Shown here piece after piece: positions 1-9,269 of a stretch of 64,000 nucleotides of DNA; position 1 is the first letter of the stretch; each line of letters opens with the position of its first letter. Position numbers and translations under genes: made by a program. Under the pieces are notes generated by a model. It was not told where the DNA came from and searched no databases. It saw nothing but the letters and a program-made list of their open reading frames with translations. Where the stretch lies: the NCBI GenBank assembly GCA_041484665.1, contig JBGPIA010000008.1, positions 32,001 to 96,000 of the forward strand, given 5' to 3'. The DNA comes from Candidatus Krumholzibacteriia bacterium (lineage in GTDB: Bacteria > Krumholzibacteriota > Krumholzibacteriia > JAJRXK01).

Positions 1-1
1 G

Positions 2-538
2 CCTCAGCCGGGCGACCTGGGTGTCTTCTTCGATGCGGCCGGCACGACGACGTCGATCGAAGGCGTCGTTGCGTTCGCGTCAGTCAACTTCTACGTCATT
101 GCGTTCGAGGTCCCTGGGGGGCTCAGGGAGTACGAGTTCTCCGTGGATTTGCCACCCGGCGTGATCGTCCTCGCCGGCCGCATTCTTCCCGGCCCCGGCT
201 GCGTTGACGTCGACACTGGAGACGACAACTACATCATTGTCTGCGACGATTGCCTCACAGCGCCGGCGCAGTCCCTGGTGACCTACCAACAGGCAGTGTT
301 CCTCGCAGCGCCGCCGCCCGACTCCCAGATCTGCCTGGGGCCGGCAACCCCGTCCAGCGGCCCGGCGATGGGTTGGCCGCCGGCACCGATCTACGACACG
401 TGCCGTTTCGCTGGGGACTTGCACCTGTTCGGGTCGGCCTACCGTGGTTGCGCCGTGATCAATCCGGCTGTGCTCACACCACCGATTCCCGACGCACTCG
501 CCGGCTGGGGCGCACTGAAGGCGACTTACGGAAACTGA
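2..538 (+). CDS. Putative secreted Cys-containing protein ending in WGALKATYGN (5' truncated by window edge)
   Basis: Frame is open from position 2 (PQPGDLGVFFDAAG...) through the listed 143..538 ORF; ends with a WGxxKxxY tail. Confidence 0.75.
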   Translation, partial: PQPGDLGVFFDAAGTTTSIEGVVAFASVNFYVIAFEVPGGLREYEFSVDLPPGVIVLAGRILPGPGCVDVDTGDDNYIIVCDDCLTAPAQSLVTYQQAVFLAAPPPDSQICLGPATPSSGPAMGWPPAPIYDTCRFAGDLHLFGSAYRGCAVINPAVLTPPIPDALAGWGALKATYGN

Positions 539-589
539 GCCCTCCCTGCAGTGAGGGCAGCGCAGCACGCGCGGGGCCGGGGAGGGCTC
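537..589. terminator. Possible stem-loop between convergent genes
   Basis: 10-bp inverted repeat GAGCCCTCCC (537-546) / GGGAGGGCTC (580-589); no U-tract. Confidence 0.3.
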
Positions 590-752
590 CTCACGGACGC
601 GCGTAGCAGCGCGCATGGGAGCGCGCACAGCAAGGGGCGCTTAGAGCTTCAACCCGGACCGGTGGGCTCATCCGCTGGAGCAGTTGGCCTCGTTTCCCGG
701 ACCCAGCGCGCGCGTCGACCGCATCCGGCAGGCCGCCGCCCACCCGGCCGCG

Positions 753-3590
753 TCACTTCCGCTCCCGGAACTCCTCGAACCAGTTCTGCACGACGATGAT
801 GCTGGCCCGGCGGTCCACGCTCCCGGCCGGGCGGTAGAAGACGAAACGCTGGCCGTCGCGCGTGACATCGAACCCCGACGGCCATCCGGCGGGCGTGCTG
901 CGGCCGATGTCCGGCCGCGTGAAGAGCTTGACCGCTTTCCCGAACTGGGGCGACGCGCCGAGCTGGACTTCGATCTCGAAGAGATCCACACCGTTGGCGT
1001 AGCACAGCCGGTCCCCGCGGGCGTTCCATCGCGGGTAGGTTCCCCCACCGGCTGACACCTGCCAGCGTCCCTCGCCGCTCGGAAAGCGCTTCAGGTAGAT
1101 CTCGTCGTGTCCCGACTCGCTCGACGTGTACGCCACGTAGCGGCCGTCGGGCGAGACGCGCGGGTCCGACTGGATGCTCGGACCAGTCACCAGCGGTCGC
1201 TCAGAGCGGTCCTGAAGGGAGAAGCAGGCCAGGTCCCAGTCGTCGTCTGCCTTGACGCGCGCGTAGACCACCGATCGGCCGTCCGGCGTGAACGACGGGG
1301 TCAGCCCCACGCCGAGCGTGTCGGGGACGCCCGTGCCATCCACCGACATGACGATCACCCGGTGGCACTTCACCTGTTGGCACTGTTTGGCGACGAACTG
1401 GAAGACGATGCGATCGCCGGCCGGCGAGAACGACGGCCAGATGCCGATCCCATCAAGGAAGGTGAGGCGCGTGCGGGTGCCGCGCTTCGTGTCGAAGATC
1501 CACAGGTCCGCCCCCTCCATGTCCCCGACGGTCACCGCGACGAGGTTTCCATCCGGAGAGGCTGCCATCCAGTCGAACCTGGCGGGGTTGTTGATCTCCC
1601 CCAGGTCTGCTCCCTGGCTGCCGCTGCGGTCCGACCAGACGACATGGATGTGGTCGGTAGCTGCGCCGTGGAGGTACGCGAGCGTCCCATCGCTGGCAAC
1701 GCTGGGCTGCGACCCGCCGGGCGCCACCAAGAAGGGCTCCCCGGTTACCTCTGCGCGTGTGAGTGAGTACGGAACGGCCCAGATGCCGGAGTTGGTCGGC
1801 GAACGCTGAAACAGGATGTGCCCCGTGGGAGAGTAGACAGGCGTTGCCAGTCGCTGGTCCTCCATCGACAACAGCACCTTGCGATGGTTCGCGGACCAGG
1901 CGACCAGGCTCTGGAACGGCTTATGGATCGAGTGGGGAACGAAGACCACGGTGGCTCCGCCGGGCAGGGCGACGGGCTCGTGGAGGTCGGATTCGAGCGT
2001 GCTGTCGACAGGGACGATGGTGTGAGCGTCTCCCCCGCGCGCCGATACGGCCAGGATGCCGTCGTGCTCGCCTCGCGAGGCGATGATCGTCCCATCCTCC
2101 CGCCAGCTTCCGCCACTTCCGCCCGTGAATCCGGCCCCGCGAACGTCGCAGATGATCTGCGCGGCTCCGGTGCCGATGTCGAGCTTGGTGATCTTCGTGC
2201 CGGCGATGTAGGCGACGGACCGGTTGTCCGGCGACCAGAACAGGTCGATCACGCCGGGATCCGCGGCATACTCGCGCGGCTCGAGCGCGTTGAGCTCCTG
2301 GATGGCGATGCGACCGCCTCGCACGTACGCCACGGCGCGGCCGTCGGGCGAGAGCGTCGGAAGGATGGGGGCGTCCTCCGCATCTCCCCGGACGGGAACC
2401 GCCAGCTTCCGTACGGCGGTGGTGCCGCGAGCCGCGGGCGACTGCGTCCGCGTAGCCGCGAAGGTCAGCAACGCGCCGAGCGCAAGCCCTGCGGCCGCCA
2501 CCAGCAGGATGGCGCGCTTGCTGCGCGGCGCGGCCTGATCGCGGCCCGCGAATCCGCCGCCCGCCAGTCCAAATCCCACGCCACCTGCCAGTCCAGCGCC
2601 CACGCCGCCCGCCAGTCCAGCGCCTGCGCCGCCGGCGCCACCCAGCACGCCGCCCATCGCGCTGCCCGTCCCACCGACGGGCGGGGCGACTTCGCCGATC
2701 GCCAGTGCCGCGGACAGATACGGGTCTGGCGTGCCCGCGAGCAACTCGTCCAGCGCAATGCGCGCCTCGCCGATGTCGCGCAGGCGCAATGGAGCGTCCT
2801 TCGTGAGGCAGCGGCGCAGCAGCTCGCGGACGCGGGTGGGTGCATCCCGAGGCAGGCTGGTCAGGTCAGGAGCATCCCGCAACACCGACGCGACCACCTC
2901 GGACATCGTGTCCCCACCGTGGAGCTGCCGGCCTGTGAGCGCCTCCCACAACACGCAACCGAACGCCCAGATGTCCACGCGCCGGTCGGCCGGTCGACCC
3001 TTGGCCTGCTCCGGCGACATGTAGGCCGCGGTGCCCAGGACGATGCCGGCCTGCGTTGCGGCCAGGCTCAACGTGGGCGAGTTCGCGAGCTGGGCCGCCG
3101 GCCCGTCGCCCTCGAGCGCTTTGGCCAGTCCGAAATCGAGCACTTTCACGGCGTCGTCGGGACGCAGCTTCACGTTCGCGGGCTTCAGATCGCGGTGGAC
3201 GATTCCGCGCTCGTGCGCGTACTCAAGCGCCTCGGCGATCTGCTTGCAGATGCGCAGCGACTCGATCAGCGGAATTGGCCCCTGGGCGAGGCGCTGGGCG
3301 AGCGTCACGCCCTCCACCAGCTCCATCACCAGTATCCGCGTGGAGCCCGATTGCTCGAAGCCGTAGATGGCGGCGATGTTCGGGTGGTTGAGGGCGGCCA
3401 GCAAACGCGCCTCGCGCTCGAATCGCGCCAGGCGGTCGGGATCTTGCGCGAGCCGATCGGGCAGGACCTTGAGCGCTACCTCGCGCCCGAGCGTGCTATC
3501 GAGTGCGCGCCAGACTACGCCCATCCCGCCTTCGCCGAGCACGTCGACCAGGCGGTAGTGCGACAATGTGTCGCCGCGTCCGAGGGGCAA
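753..3590 (-). CDS. Hanks-type Ser/Thr protein kinase with one TM segment and C-terminal TolB/PD40-like beta-propeller
   Basis: GEGGMG, VALK, HRDLKPAN, DFGLAK and YMSPEQ motifs; TM AILLVAAAGLALGALLTFAA; repeated SPDG/SPDN motifs; TTG start. Confidence 0.95.
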   Translation of the reverse strand: MPLGRGDTLSHYRLVDVLGEGGMGVVWRALDSTLGREVALKVLPDRLAQDPDRLARFEREARLLAALNHPNIAAIYGFEQSGSTRILVMELVEGVTLAQRLAQGPIPLIESLRICKQIAEALEYAHERGIVHRDLKPANVKLRPDDAVKVLDFGLAKALEGDGPAAQLANSPTLSLAATQAGIVLGTAAYMSPEQAKGRPADRRVDIWAFGCVLWEALTGRQLHGGDTMSEVVASVLRDAPDLTSLPRDAPTRVRELLRRCLTKDAPLRLRDIGEARIALDELLAGTPDPYLSAALAIGEVAPPVGGTGSAMGGVLGGAGGAGAGLAGGVGAGLAGGVGFGLAGGGFAGRDQAAPRSKRAILLVAAAGLALGALLTFAATRTQSPAARGTTAVRKLAVPVRGDAEDAPILPTLSPDGRAVAYVRGGRIAIQELNALEPREYAADPGVIDLFWSPDNRSVAYIAGTKITKLDIGTGAAQIICDVRGAGFTGGSGGSWREDGTIIASRGEHDGILAVSARGGDAHTIVPVDSTLESDLHEPVALPGGATVVFVPHSIHKPFQSLVAWSANHRKVLLSMEDQRLATPVYSPTGHILFQRSPTNSGIWAVPYSLTRAEVTGEPFLVAPGGSQPSVASDGTLAYLHGAATDHIHVVWSDRSGSQGADLGEINNPARFDWMAASPDGNLVAVTVGDMEGADLWIFDTKRGTRTRLTFLDGIGIWPSFSPAGDRIVFQFVAKQCQQVKCHRVIVMSVDGTGVPDTLGVGLTPSFTPDGRSVVYARVKADDDWDLACFSLQDRSERPLVTGPSIQSDPRVSPDGRYVAYTSSESGHDEIYLKRFPSGEGRWQVSAGGGTYPRWNARGDRLCYANGVDLFEIEVQLGASPQFGKAVKLFTRPDIGRSTPAGWPSGFDVTRDGQRFVFYRPAGSVDRRASIIVVQNWFEEFRERK

Positions 3591-3623
3591 GTCGGGCTCC
3601 GGTGCGAGGCGGTCAGGAGAGGT

Positions 3624-3698
3624 TGGTCGGGGCGACTGGATTCGAACCAGCGACCGTCGGCTCCCAAAGCCGATGCGCTACCACTGCGCTACGCCCCG
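3624..3698 (-). tRNA. tRNA-Pro(TGG), CCA encoded
   Basis: Reverse complement CGGGGCGTAGCGCAGTGGTAGCGCATCGGC-TTTGGGA-GCCGACGGTCGCTGGTTCGAATCCAGTCGCCCCGACCA; anticodon TGG; GGTTCGAATCC T-arm. Confidence 0.97.
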
Positions 3699-3858
3699 AC
3701 CCGATGTCTCGCGCCACCGCGCGGCCAGCTGTGGGCGCTCTCGGCGCTGAGCAGGGAGCCGATGCCCCTGGACGGCGTCCAAGCCACGCTCTCCGGCGGC
3801 GATGTGGCCACAGTGTACATCCAGGCTCGCCATAAGCCCAACGGGCAGGTCACTTCGA

Positions 3859-3994
3859 TTCGCTACTTCGCCACTTCGCCACTTCGCCAAGTCGCCAGTT
3901 CCCTAGTTCGCTAGTTCGCTCATTCGCTACCTTGCTAATCCGCTCCCCTGCTCGTCCACTCCCTTGCTAATCCGCTACCTTGCCACTTCACGAC
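3859..3994. repeat. Degenerate 8-bp tandem array (consensus about TTCGCYAC, 17 units)
   Basis: ttcgctac ttcgccac ttcgccac ttcgccaa gtcgccag ttccctag ttcgctag ... in unbroken 8-nt register. Confidence 0.85.
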
Positions 3995-4064
3995 ATCACT
4001 CGTCCGCAGCATTCAGCCGGTGTCCGACCGGACCCGGCGATTGCGGCGCCCACGCAACAGCTCA

Positions 4065-4832
4065 TCAGGGATCGAAGGGGGTGCGGCCGCCGGTCAGGTA
4101 GCGCTGCAGCAGCTCCCACGCCCCGCGCACCGCCATGGCCCGGTGGCTCAGCTCGTTCTTCTCGGTCACGGTCATTTCGGCCAATGTGCGGCCCCGCTCC
4201 GGCACCAGGAAAATCGGGTCGTACCCGAATCCGCCGTGGCCACGCGCCTCGAGCAGGATCTCGCCCGCAACCGCTCCGCGCGCCAGCAGCTCGAACGGGC
4301 GCCCACCCCGCGCGCGCGAGGGGCAGGTCGCCCCGGCCGACGAGGTGTCCGGCCGAGGATCCGGGGTCTCCACCGTCGGCGGCACGGCCACGGTCGCCGG
4401 TGCCGGCCGCGGGCCCACGGTCGGCATCACCGGCCGCGGGTCCACGATCGCGACAACCGTCTCGAACCGCGCCCGGCGCTGTTCGGGGCGCAACGCCCCG
4501 ATGGCCGCAAGCTCCCTGAGGAGCTTATGGCAGTTGTCCTCGTACGTGGCGCCCTCGCCAGCGTAGCGGCTGCTGTAGACGCCCGGCGCGCGGGCCAGCG
4601 CATCGACCAGCAGCCCTGTATCGTCAGCCAGCGACATCTCGCCCGTGAAGGCTGCCGTCTCGCGAGCCTTCTTCAGCGCGTTCGCCTCGAGCGTCTCCCC
4701 GTCCTCGACGACGTCGGGCATCCCCACGAACTCGTCGGCCTGCTTGATCGTCAGCGGCAGGCCGGTCAATAACTCGCACAACTCCTGTATTTTATTCCGG
4801 TTGCGGGTGGCGAGGACGAGCACGTGGCGCAT
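4065..4832 (-). CDS. rdgB: RdgB/HAM1 non-canonical purine NTP pyrophosphatase with a Pro-rich insertion
   Basis: LATRNRNK, ENALKKA-like EANALKKA, ADDTGL, PGVYSSRY, GFGYDPIF and KNELSHR motifs; directly downstream of rph; alternative start 4856. Confidence 0.93.
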   Translation of the reverse strand: MRHVLVLATRNRNKIQELCELLTGLPLTIKQADEFVGMPDVVEDGETLEANALKKARETAAFTGEMSLADDTGLLVDALARAPGVYSSRYAGEGATYEDNCHKLLRELAAIGALRPEQRRARFETVVAIVDPRPVMPTVGPRPAPATVAVPPTVETPDPRPDTSSAGATCPSRARGGRPFELLARGAVAGEILLEARGHGGFGYDPIFLVPERGRTLAEMTVTEKNELSHRAMAVRGAWELLQRYLTGGRTPFDP

Positions 4833-4857
4833 GGGCACTTGACGGTTCGTCAGCATC

Positions 4858-4887
4858 TTGACAGTTTACCCGGGTAAACTTTACGCT
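4858..4887 (+). promoter_or_regulatory. TTGACA-N18-TACGCT promoter-like element containing an 18-bp perfect palindrome (candidate operator)
   Basis: TTGACA at 4858-4863; AGTTTACCCGGGTAAACT at 4863-4880; TACGCT at 4882-4887. Confidence 0.5.
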
Positions 4888-5039
4888 TTCTGTTCGCGTG
4901 CTTGCGCCGCTTGTCGGCGCGACCGCGCGCCAGCGGGTGCGTCCGCGACCCGTCCGTAATCACATTGTGCTCACGGGCCCGCCGGAGACATCACTGCATC
5001 CCGGGGTCCCTGCGCATCCTGGGGGTCCCTGCGCCCCGC

Positions 5040-5780
5040 TCAGTCCTTCATCTCGGCTGCCGCCGCCTTGCAGGCCTTCACTTGGAGATCGGTGAGGATC
5101 TTCGCCCCGCCCTTGGCCAGCGCCAGCATCGCCTGCAGCTGTGGATCATCGAACGCAGCGCCCTCGGCCGTGCCCTGGATCTCCACGAACTTCCCACCGG
5201 CTGTCAGGACCACATTCATGTCCACGTCGGCCTCGACGTCCTCGCTGTACTCCAAGTCGATGCTCGGAACCCCCTCGACGATCCCCACGCTCACGGCGCA
5301 GACGTGCTCCCTCATCGGATGAGCGGCCAGCCGGAGCCGGCGACGCATCCGCTCCAGGGCGATCCACAGGGCGACGCTGGCGCCTGTGATGCTGGCAGTG
5401 CGCGTGCCCCCATCGGCCTCCACTACGTCGCAATCGATGGTGACGGTGAACTCGCCGATCTCGCTGAGCTCGATCACCACCCGCAGGCTGCGGCCGATCA
5501 GGCGCATGATCTCGCTCGTGCGACCCGAGACCTTGCCGCGCACGGCCTCGCGCTCGGTGCGCTCCTGGGTGGAGCGCGGGAGCATGCCATACTCGGCGGT
5601 GATCCAGCCGTGTCCGGAATCCTTCCTCCACCGCGGCACGCCCGGCGCCAGGGTCGCGGCACAAATGACCTGCGTCTGCCCCATCTTGATCAGCGCGGAT
5701 CCCTCGGGATAGCGCTGGAAGTGTGGCGTGATCTCCACGTGCCGCAGTGCATTGGGCTTGCGGTCTCCGGGACGGCTCAT
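5040..5780 (-). CDS. rph: Ribonuclease PH
   Basis: GWITAEYGMLPRST, RLIGRSLR, ADGGTRTASITG and EIQGTAEG motifs. Confidence 0.98.
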   Translation of the reverse strand: MSRPGDRKPNALRHVEITPHFQRYPEGSALIKMGQTQVICAATLAPGVPRWRKDSGHGWITAEYGMLPRSTQERTEREAVRGKVSGRTSEIMRLIGRSLRVVIELSEIGEFTVTIDCDVVEADGGTRTASITGASVALWIALERMRRRLRLAAHPMREHVCAVSVGIVEGVPSIDLEYSEDVEADVDMNVVLTAGGKFVEIQGTAEGAAFDDPQLQAMLALAKGGAKILTDLQVKACKAAAAEMKD

Positions 5781-6760
5781 CGACGGTCCTTTCCCGATAC
5801 GGACCCCAGCCGACGCGCTCGCTTCGCGCCCGCTCCTCGGCCCGCCGCCTGGCCCTCGCGCTGGCCTCTCCCTTGACCCGCCGCCCGGCCCTCGCGCGGG
5901 CCTGTCCCCTGGCCCTCCGCCGGCTCCGACCGGGCCCCGAAGTCGGCTGCGTGATCCACGTGGTACTCGTCCTCCAGCGTCACGACCTCAACCTGCGGGA
6001 GCACGCGCTGCAGGAAGCGCTCGCCGACCTCCGCAAAGCGCTGGGGCACGTCGGTCACGACCAGCCGCAGCGAGCCCGGTCCCGGCGACAGCTCGCTAGT
6101 CTTCTCGAGGTCCTTCGCGACCGAATCCGCCAGCACCAAGGCCGAGTCCACCAGCGTGACGTGCGGCCCCATCGCCGCGGCGATCGCCGTCTTGAGCAGC
6201 GGGTAGTGCGTGCAGCCCAGGATCATCGTGTCCACGCCGCTGTCGCGCATCGCTTGCAGGTAGTCGCGGGCGACGGCACGCGGCACGTCGCCCTCCAGCC
6301 ACCCTTCTTCCGCTAGCGGCACGAACAGCGGGCAGGCCTTGCTGTCGACGCGCAGTGCAGGGCGCGCGGCCCGCAGGAGCTCACCATAGCGGTCGCTGGC
6401 GATTGTGGCCAACGTCCCGATCACGCCCACGTAACCGCGCGTGGCGGCGAGCGCCGCCTCCACGCCGGGCTCGATCACTCCCTGCACGGGGACCGGGCAA
6501 CTCTCCTGCAGCGCGTCCAGCGCCAGCGAGCTGGCGGTGTTGCACGCGATCACCAGCCGCTTAACCCCCTGCGATACGAGGTAGCGCGCCGCCTGCAGCG
6601 TGAATCGCCGCACCGTGGCCGCGCCCTTGGTGCCGTACGGCACGCGCGCAGTGTCGCCGAGGTAGATGAAGCTCTCCTGCGGCAAGCGCTCGCGCAGCGC
6701 GTGCAGAACGGTGAGCCCGCCGATCCCGCTGTCGAACACACCGATGGGCCGAACATCCAT
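5777..6760 (-). CDS. murI: Glutamate racemase with low-complexity C-terminal tail
   Basis: IGVFDSGIGG, PYGTK, IACNTAS and LGCTHYP motifs; start at MDVRPIG (6760) preferred, upstream 6865 possible. Confidence 0.96.
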   Translation of the reverse strand: MDVRPIGVFDSGIGGLTVLHALRERLPQESFIYLGDTARVPYGTKGAATVRRFTLQAARYLVSQGVKRLVIACNTASSLALDALQESCPVPVQGVIEPGVEAALAATRGYVGVIGTLATIASDRYGELLRAARPALRVDSKACPLFVPLAEEGWLEGDVPRAVARDYLQAMRDSGVDTMILGCTHYPLLKTAIAAAMGPHVTLVDSALVLADSVAKDLEKTSELSPGPGSLRLVVTDVPQRFAEVGERFLQRVLPQVEVVTLEDEYHVDHAADFGARSEPAEGQGTGPREGRAAGQGRGQREGQAAGRGAGAKRARRLGSVSGKDRR

Positions 6761-6855
6761 CCCAGCTTGTCCTTTCGCGACCCGTTGGCCGGCCGATCCC
6801 CTCGCGCGGCTCGCCCGCCGCGTGACCGACTCGCCGACCACCTCGCGCGGCTCGC

Positions 6856-7707
6856 CTACAGCCACTCCTTGGTACGCAGCGGGCGAGTCAGGTCCACGTG
6901 CCCCGCCAGGGTCTCCACCTCGAGCCCATCCACCAGGATCTTCACCGCAATCACCTCGGGGAAATCCACGGCGATCGTGCGCACAATGCTGGTAAGCATC
7001 ATGATCTCCATCGCGGTGCCGCCAATCTGGCCGGCCACCAGCTCGTGGCTGAAGTCCAGATAGAGGATGCGCTTCTCCTCATCGTAGAAAGCGTTGCGCA
7101 GGCGCGTGCCGTCGGGAATCGTACGCACGGCTCCCTGCGCCTGGGGCCCCTTGAGCAGCTCGCCGATAACCTCCGCCGCCTCCTCATCGCGGTGGCTCTG
7201 CGCCTGGACCGCTCGCATCTCGCCGACGACCCCGTCGGCGTCGGGATTGCCGAAAAACACGGTCACCGACCGCGTGCCCAGCGACTCCTCGACCTGCTCG
7301 GGTTGAGGCGTCTCCGCCGGCGGCGCGGGGGGATGGAGACGCACCCGCCCGACAACGACGGCGGCCACGCCGAGGAGAACCACCAGCGTAAGGAGCCAGG
7401 GCCAGCGCCGACGCGCGGCATGCGGCGGCGGAGCCCCCGGTGGCGGCTGGCCCGAACCGGGGTCGACCCCCATTCCCTCGCCAAAGCCACCGTCCGTGGC
7501 CCCCTTGTGCATTCCCTGACCCGCGTCCGCGGACCGATCGTGCATACCCTGCTCGGCGCCGACCGCCGCAGCCGCGTTCCGCCCGGCGCCCGCGCCGGCA
7601 CCCGCACCCGCACCCGCGCCTACACCGGCGCCCGCGCCCGCGCCCTCGCCTGCAGGGACCCCGGGCTGTTCCCCCTGACCGAAGAGACCATCGGACTTGC
7701 GCTTCAC
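6856..7707 (-). CDS. GerMN domain membrane protein
   Basis: One TM segment, then ELLKGP...IPDGTRL...LDFS...VKILVDG...TLAGHVDL; lies between amidase and murI. Confidence 0.88.
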   Translation of the reverse strand: MKRKSDGLFGQGEQPGVPAGEGAGAGAGVGAGAGAGAGAGAGRNAAAAVGAEQGMHDRSADAGQGMHKGATDGGFGEGMGVDPGSGQPPPGAPPPHAARRRWPWLLTLVVLLGVAAVVVGRVRLHPPAPPAETPQPEQVEESLGTRSVTVFFGNPDADGVVGEMRAVQAQSHRDEEAAEVIGELLKGPQAQGAVRTIPDGTRLRNAFYDEEKRILYLDFSHELVAGQIGGTAMEIMMLTSIVRTIAVDFPEVIAVKILVDGLEVETLAGHVDLTRPLRTKEWL

Positions 7708-9269
7708 GGCGCCTCCTCCCGCACCGCCTCCATGCGGTCGCGGAAGTTCAGCACCGCTGAGGTGAGCGCCTGCGCCAGCTTCGTGTGGAAGCTGTGGTCG
7801 GCGAGCATGCGCGCCTCGTCCTTGTTGCTGAGAAAGCCGACCTCCACCAGGATCGCCGGCATGTAGGCGCCCACCAGCACGCGGAAGCCGGCCTGCTTCA
7901 CGCCGCGGTCATGCAGCCCCATCTCCTCGGTCAGGCGCGATTGCACGGCCTCGGCGAGTGTCGCGCTCTCCTGGATGTAGAGGTTCTGCACGATGTCCCA
8001 CAAGATGAAGTCGATGTCGTGGGCAGCATCGATCGAGGCGTTCTCCTGCTTGGCCACGCTCGCGTCCCACTCGGTCTTGGCCGGCGACAGGAAGTACGTC
8101 TCCACTCCGTGCGCCTCGGAGCTCAGCCAGCCGTTGCAGTGGATGCTGATGAACAGGTCGCCGTTCTCGCGATTGGCCAGCTCGGTGCGCTCGGTCAGCC
8201 CGATCGTGTCGTCCCCCTGGCGCGTGAGCACCACCTGGATCCCCTCTTTGCGCTCGAGCACGCGCTTGACCTCGCGGCAGATCGCCAGGGTGATGTCCTT
8301 CTCCAGCAGGCCGAACTCCCCCTCGCGGCCAATGTCGGCACCGCCATGGCCGGGATCGAGGATCACCTTGCGCACGGTGACCTTGCGCGCGGCCGTCTCG
8401 GGCGGCAGCGTCTGCACCAGCTTGGGCCCCTTGGGCACGGGCTCGGGGATGGTGGCCAGGGGCGCCTGCTCGACGCGCAGCACGATCGTGTGGCCGTCGT
8501 CCTGCGAGAGCGACTGGTAGCGACTGGCGAGCTCGGAGAGGTGCACCGTCAGCAGCGCGTAGCCCTCCTCCTGCAGACTCTCCACCGACTCGACCAGCCC
8601 CTGCGGGGAGGCCTGGAGCAGCTGCTGCGGATCGAGGTGTCCGCCGTAGATCTTGAGCACGAGGTCGCGCGGCCGGCTGTCGTCGACTCGGAAGGCAAGC
8701 GGCGCGCGCATGCGCACGCGCAGCTCGGTGGTCAGGTCCTTCACGTCGAACTCCAGCGTCGTGATGTTGAGCTGGCGGACGCCGATCGACAAGGTGAAGG
8801 TCTGTGAGTCCCACGTCACGCCGCGCGCGGTCATGGCCGGCAGCACCTGCGTCAGGAACTCCATGGGGATCCACGGCTCGCCCTGATGCATCAGCACCGG
8901 CGCGCGCAGCATGATGGACTTCTCTTCCGAGACCACGGCGCGCGCGTCGACCGTGAGCGTGATGCGGTTGTTGCCCACGCGCAGCACGAGCTTGCGGACG
9001 TCGCTGCGCCAGAAGCGCCCGACCTGCAGGATCTCGGCGAGGTCGCTGCCGGCGATGTACCACTCCTCGCTGGGCGGGTTGAGCTGCTTGAGGGTGGTCG
9101 TGGCGGGCTCGCGGGAGTCACCGAAGAGCACCTGCGCTGAACGCGCCTCGTATTCGCGCTGTTGCGCCGCGCGCACGCCCACCAGGGGCAGCACGAAGCT
9201 ATGCAGCAGTAGCCCCAGCGCGACGACGCGGGTCCAGCGGGCCGGGTCGCAAGACGTGTCACGCTTCAT
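7704..9269 (-). CDS. N-acetylmuramoyl-L-alanine amidase (Amidase_3) with N-terminal stalk/AMIN-like domains
   Basis: DPGHGG, LEKD, FISIHCN and ILVEVGF motifs; signal-like N-terminus; ATG overlaps the smpB stop. Confidence 0.93.
   Translation of the reverse strand: MKRDTSCDPARWTRVVALGLLLHSFVLPLVGVRAAQQREYEARSAQVLFGDSREPATTTLKQLNPPSEEWYIAGSDLAEILQVGRFWRSDVRKLVLRVGNNRITLTVDARAVVSEEKSIMLRAPVLMHQGEPWIPMEFLTQVLPAMTARGVTWDSQTFTLSIGVRQLNITTLEFDVKDLTTELRVRMRAPLAFRVDDSRPRDLVLKIYGGHLDPQQLLQASPQGLVESVESLQEEGYALLTVHLSELASRYQSLSQDDGHTIVLRVEQAPLATIPEPVPKGPKLVQTLPPETAARKVTVRKVILDPGHGGADIGREGEFGLLEKDITLAICREVKRVLERKEGIQVVLTRQGDDTIGLTERTELANRENGDLFISIHCNGWLSSEAHGVETYFLSPAKTEWDASVAKQENASIDAAHDIDFILWDIVQNLYIQESATLAEAVQSRLTEEMGLHDRGVKQAGFRVLVGAYMPAILVEVGFLSNKDEARMLADHSFHTKLAQALTSAVLNFRDRMEAVREEAP

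Noticed and set aside
3859..3994. Repeat array as a CRISPR
   Set aside because: 8-bp contiguous units with no spacers, and no cas genes in the window
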